64,000 bases of DNA from Paraspadella gotoi. Lineage: Eukaryota > Animalia > Chaetognatha. Position 1 is the stretch's first letter. Each line of letters starts with the position of its first letter. The translations under genes were made by a program, and so were the position numbers. A model generated the notes under the pieces. The model saw only the letters and a list, made by a program, of their open reading frames with translations, did no database searches and was not told the origin of the DNA. The stretch is taken from NCBI GenBank assembly GCA_051294375.1, contig CM119265.1, positions 21,044,555 to 21,108,554 on the forward strand, written 5' to 3'. Positions 63,703-64,000 of this stretch are shown here, piece after piece.

Positions 63703-64000
63703 TATACTATATTATTATGAATGTAATTGTTATATATATAATATATAGAATATTAAATGTATATTATATTTGTTATTATAAATTATTATTATTAAATATT
63801 ACATATTATGCTGAGACCAAAAAAACCTAACTATGCGAAATAATATTTCTCAAAGTTATATTACTTTAATTAATTTGTTTTATTCTAAAAATATCATTAT
63901 TTGAAGCGATATAAATCATAAATCTACAGCCGTCATAAATCCGTTAATTATCTCACGTGACCTCACCGGAGTTGAAATCGCATCGTCAATCGATCATTCG

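Overview
Eukaryotic, probably invertebrate animal, genomic scaffold: (AG)n-rich, with GT-AG introns and CpG-rich coding segments, assembled with many N gaps and indel-rich, long-read-like sequence. Three protein-coding loci can be supported. (1) A two-exon, ~1002-aa tandem-PDZ gene of the harmonin/whirlin/PDZD7 type, intact at 20237-23319 (+), with three frameshifted copies. (2) A fragmented SPOP/roadkill-like BTB-BACK gene at ~48.5-49.7 kb. (3) A two-exon SLC16/MCT-family MFS transporter at 58955-60806. Most large duplications and inversions look like assembly artefacts: 25-N gaps at the junctions, single-base indel noise, and a degraded PacBio SMRTbell-adapter-like sequence at the axis of the 42-49 kb fold-back. 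The best non-coding signals are a minimal type I hammerhead ribozyme (Penelope-type) nested in a Helentron/DINE-1-like element, and an unrecognised ~240-nt dispersed element whose divergent copies keep the same predicted stems. There is also a degenerate SGNH-esterase-like ORF remnant. All calls were made by eye; no searches were run.
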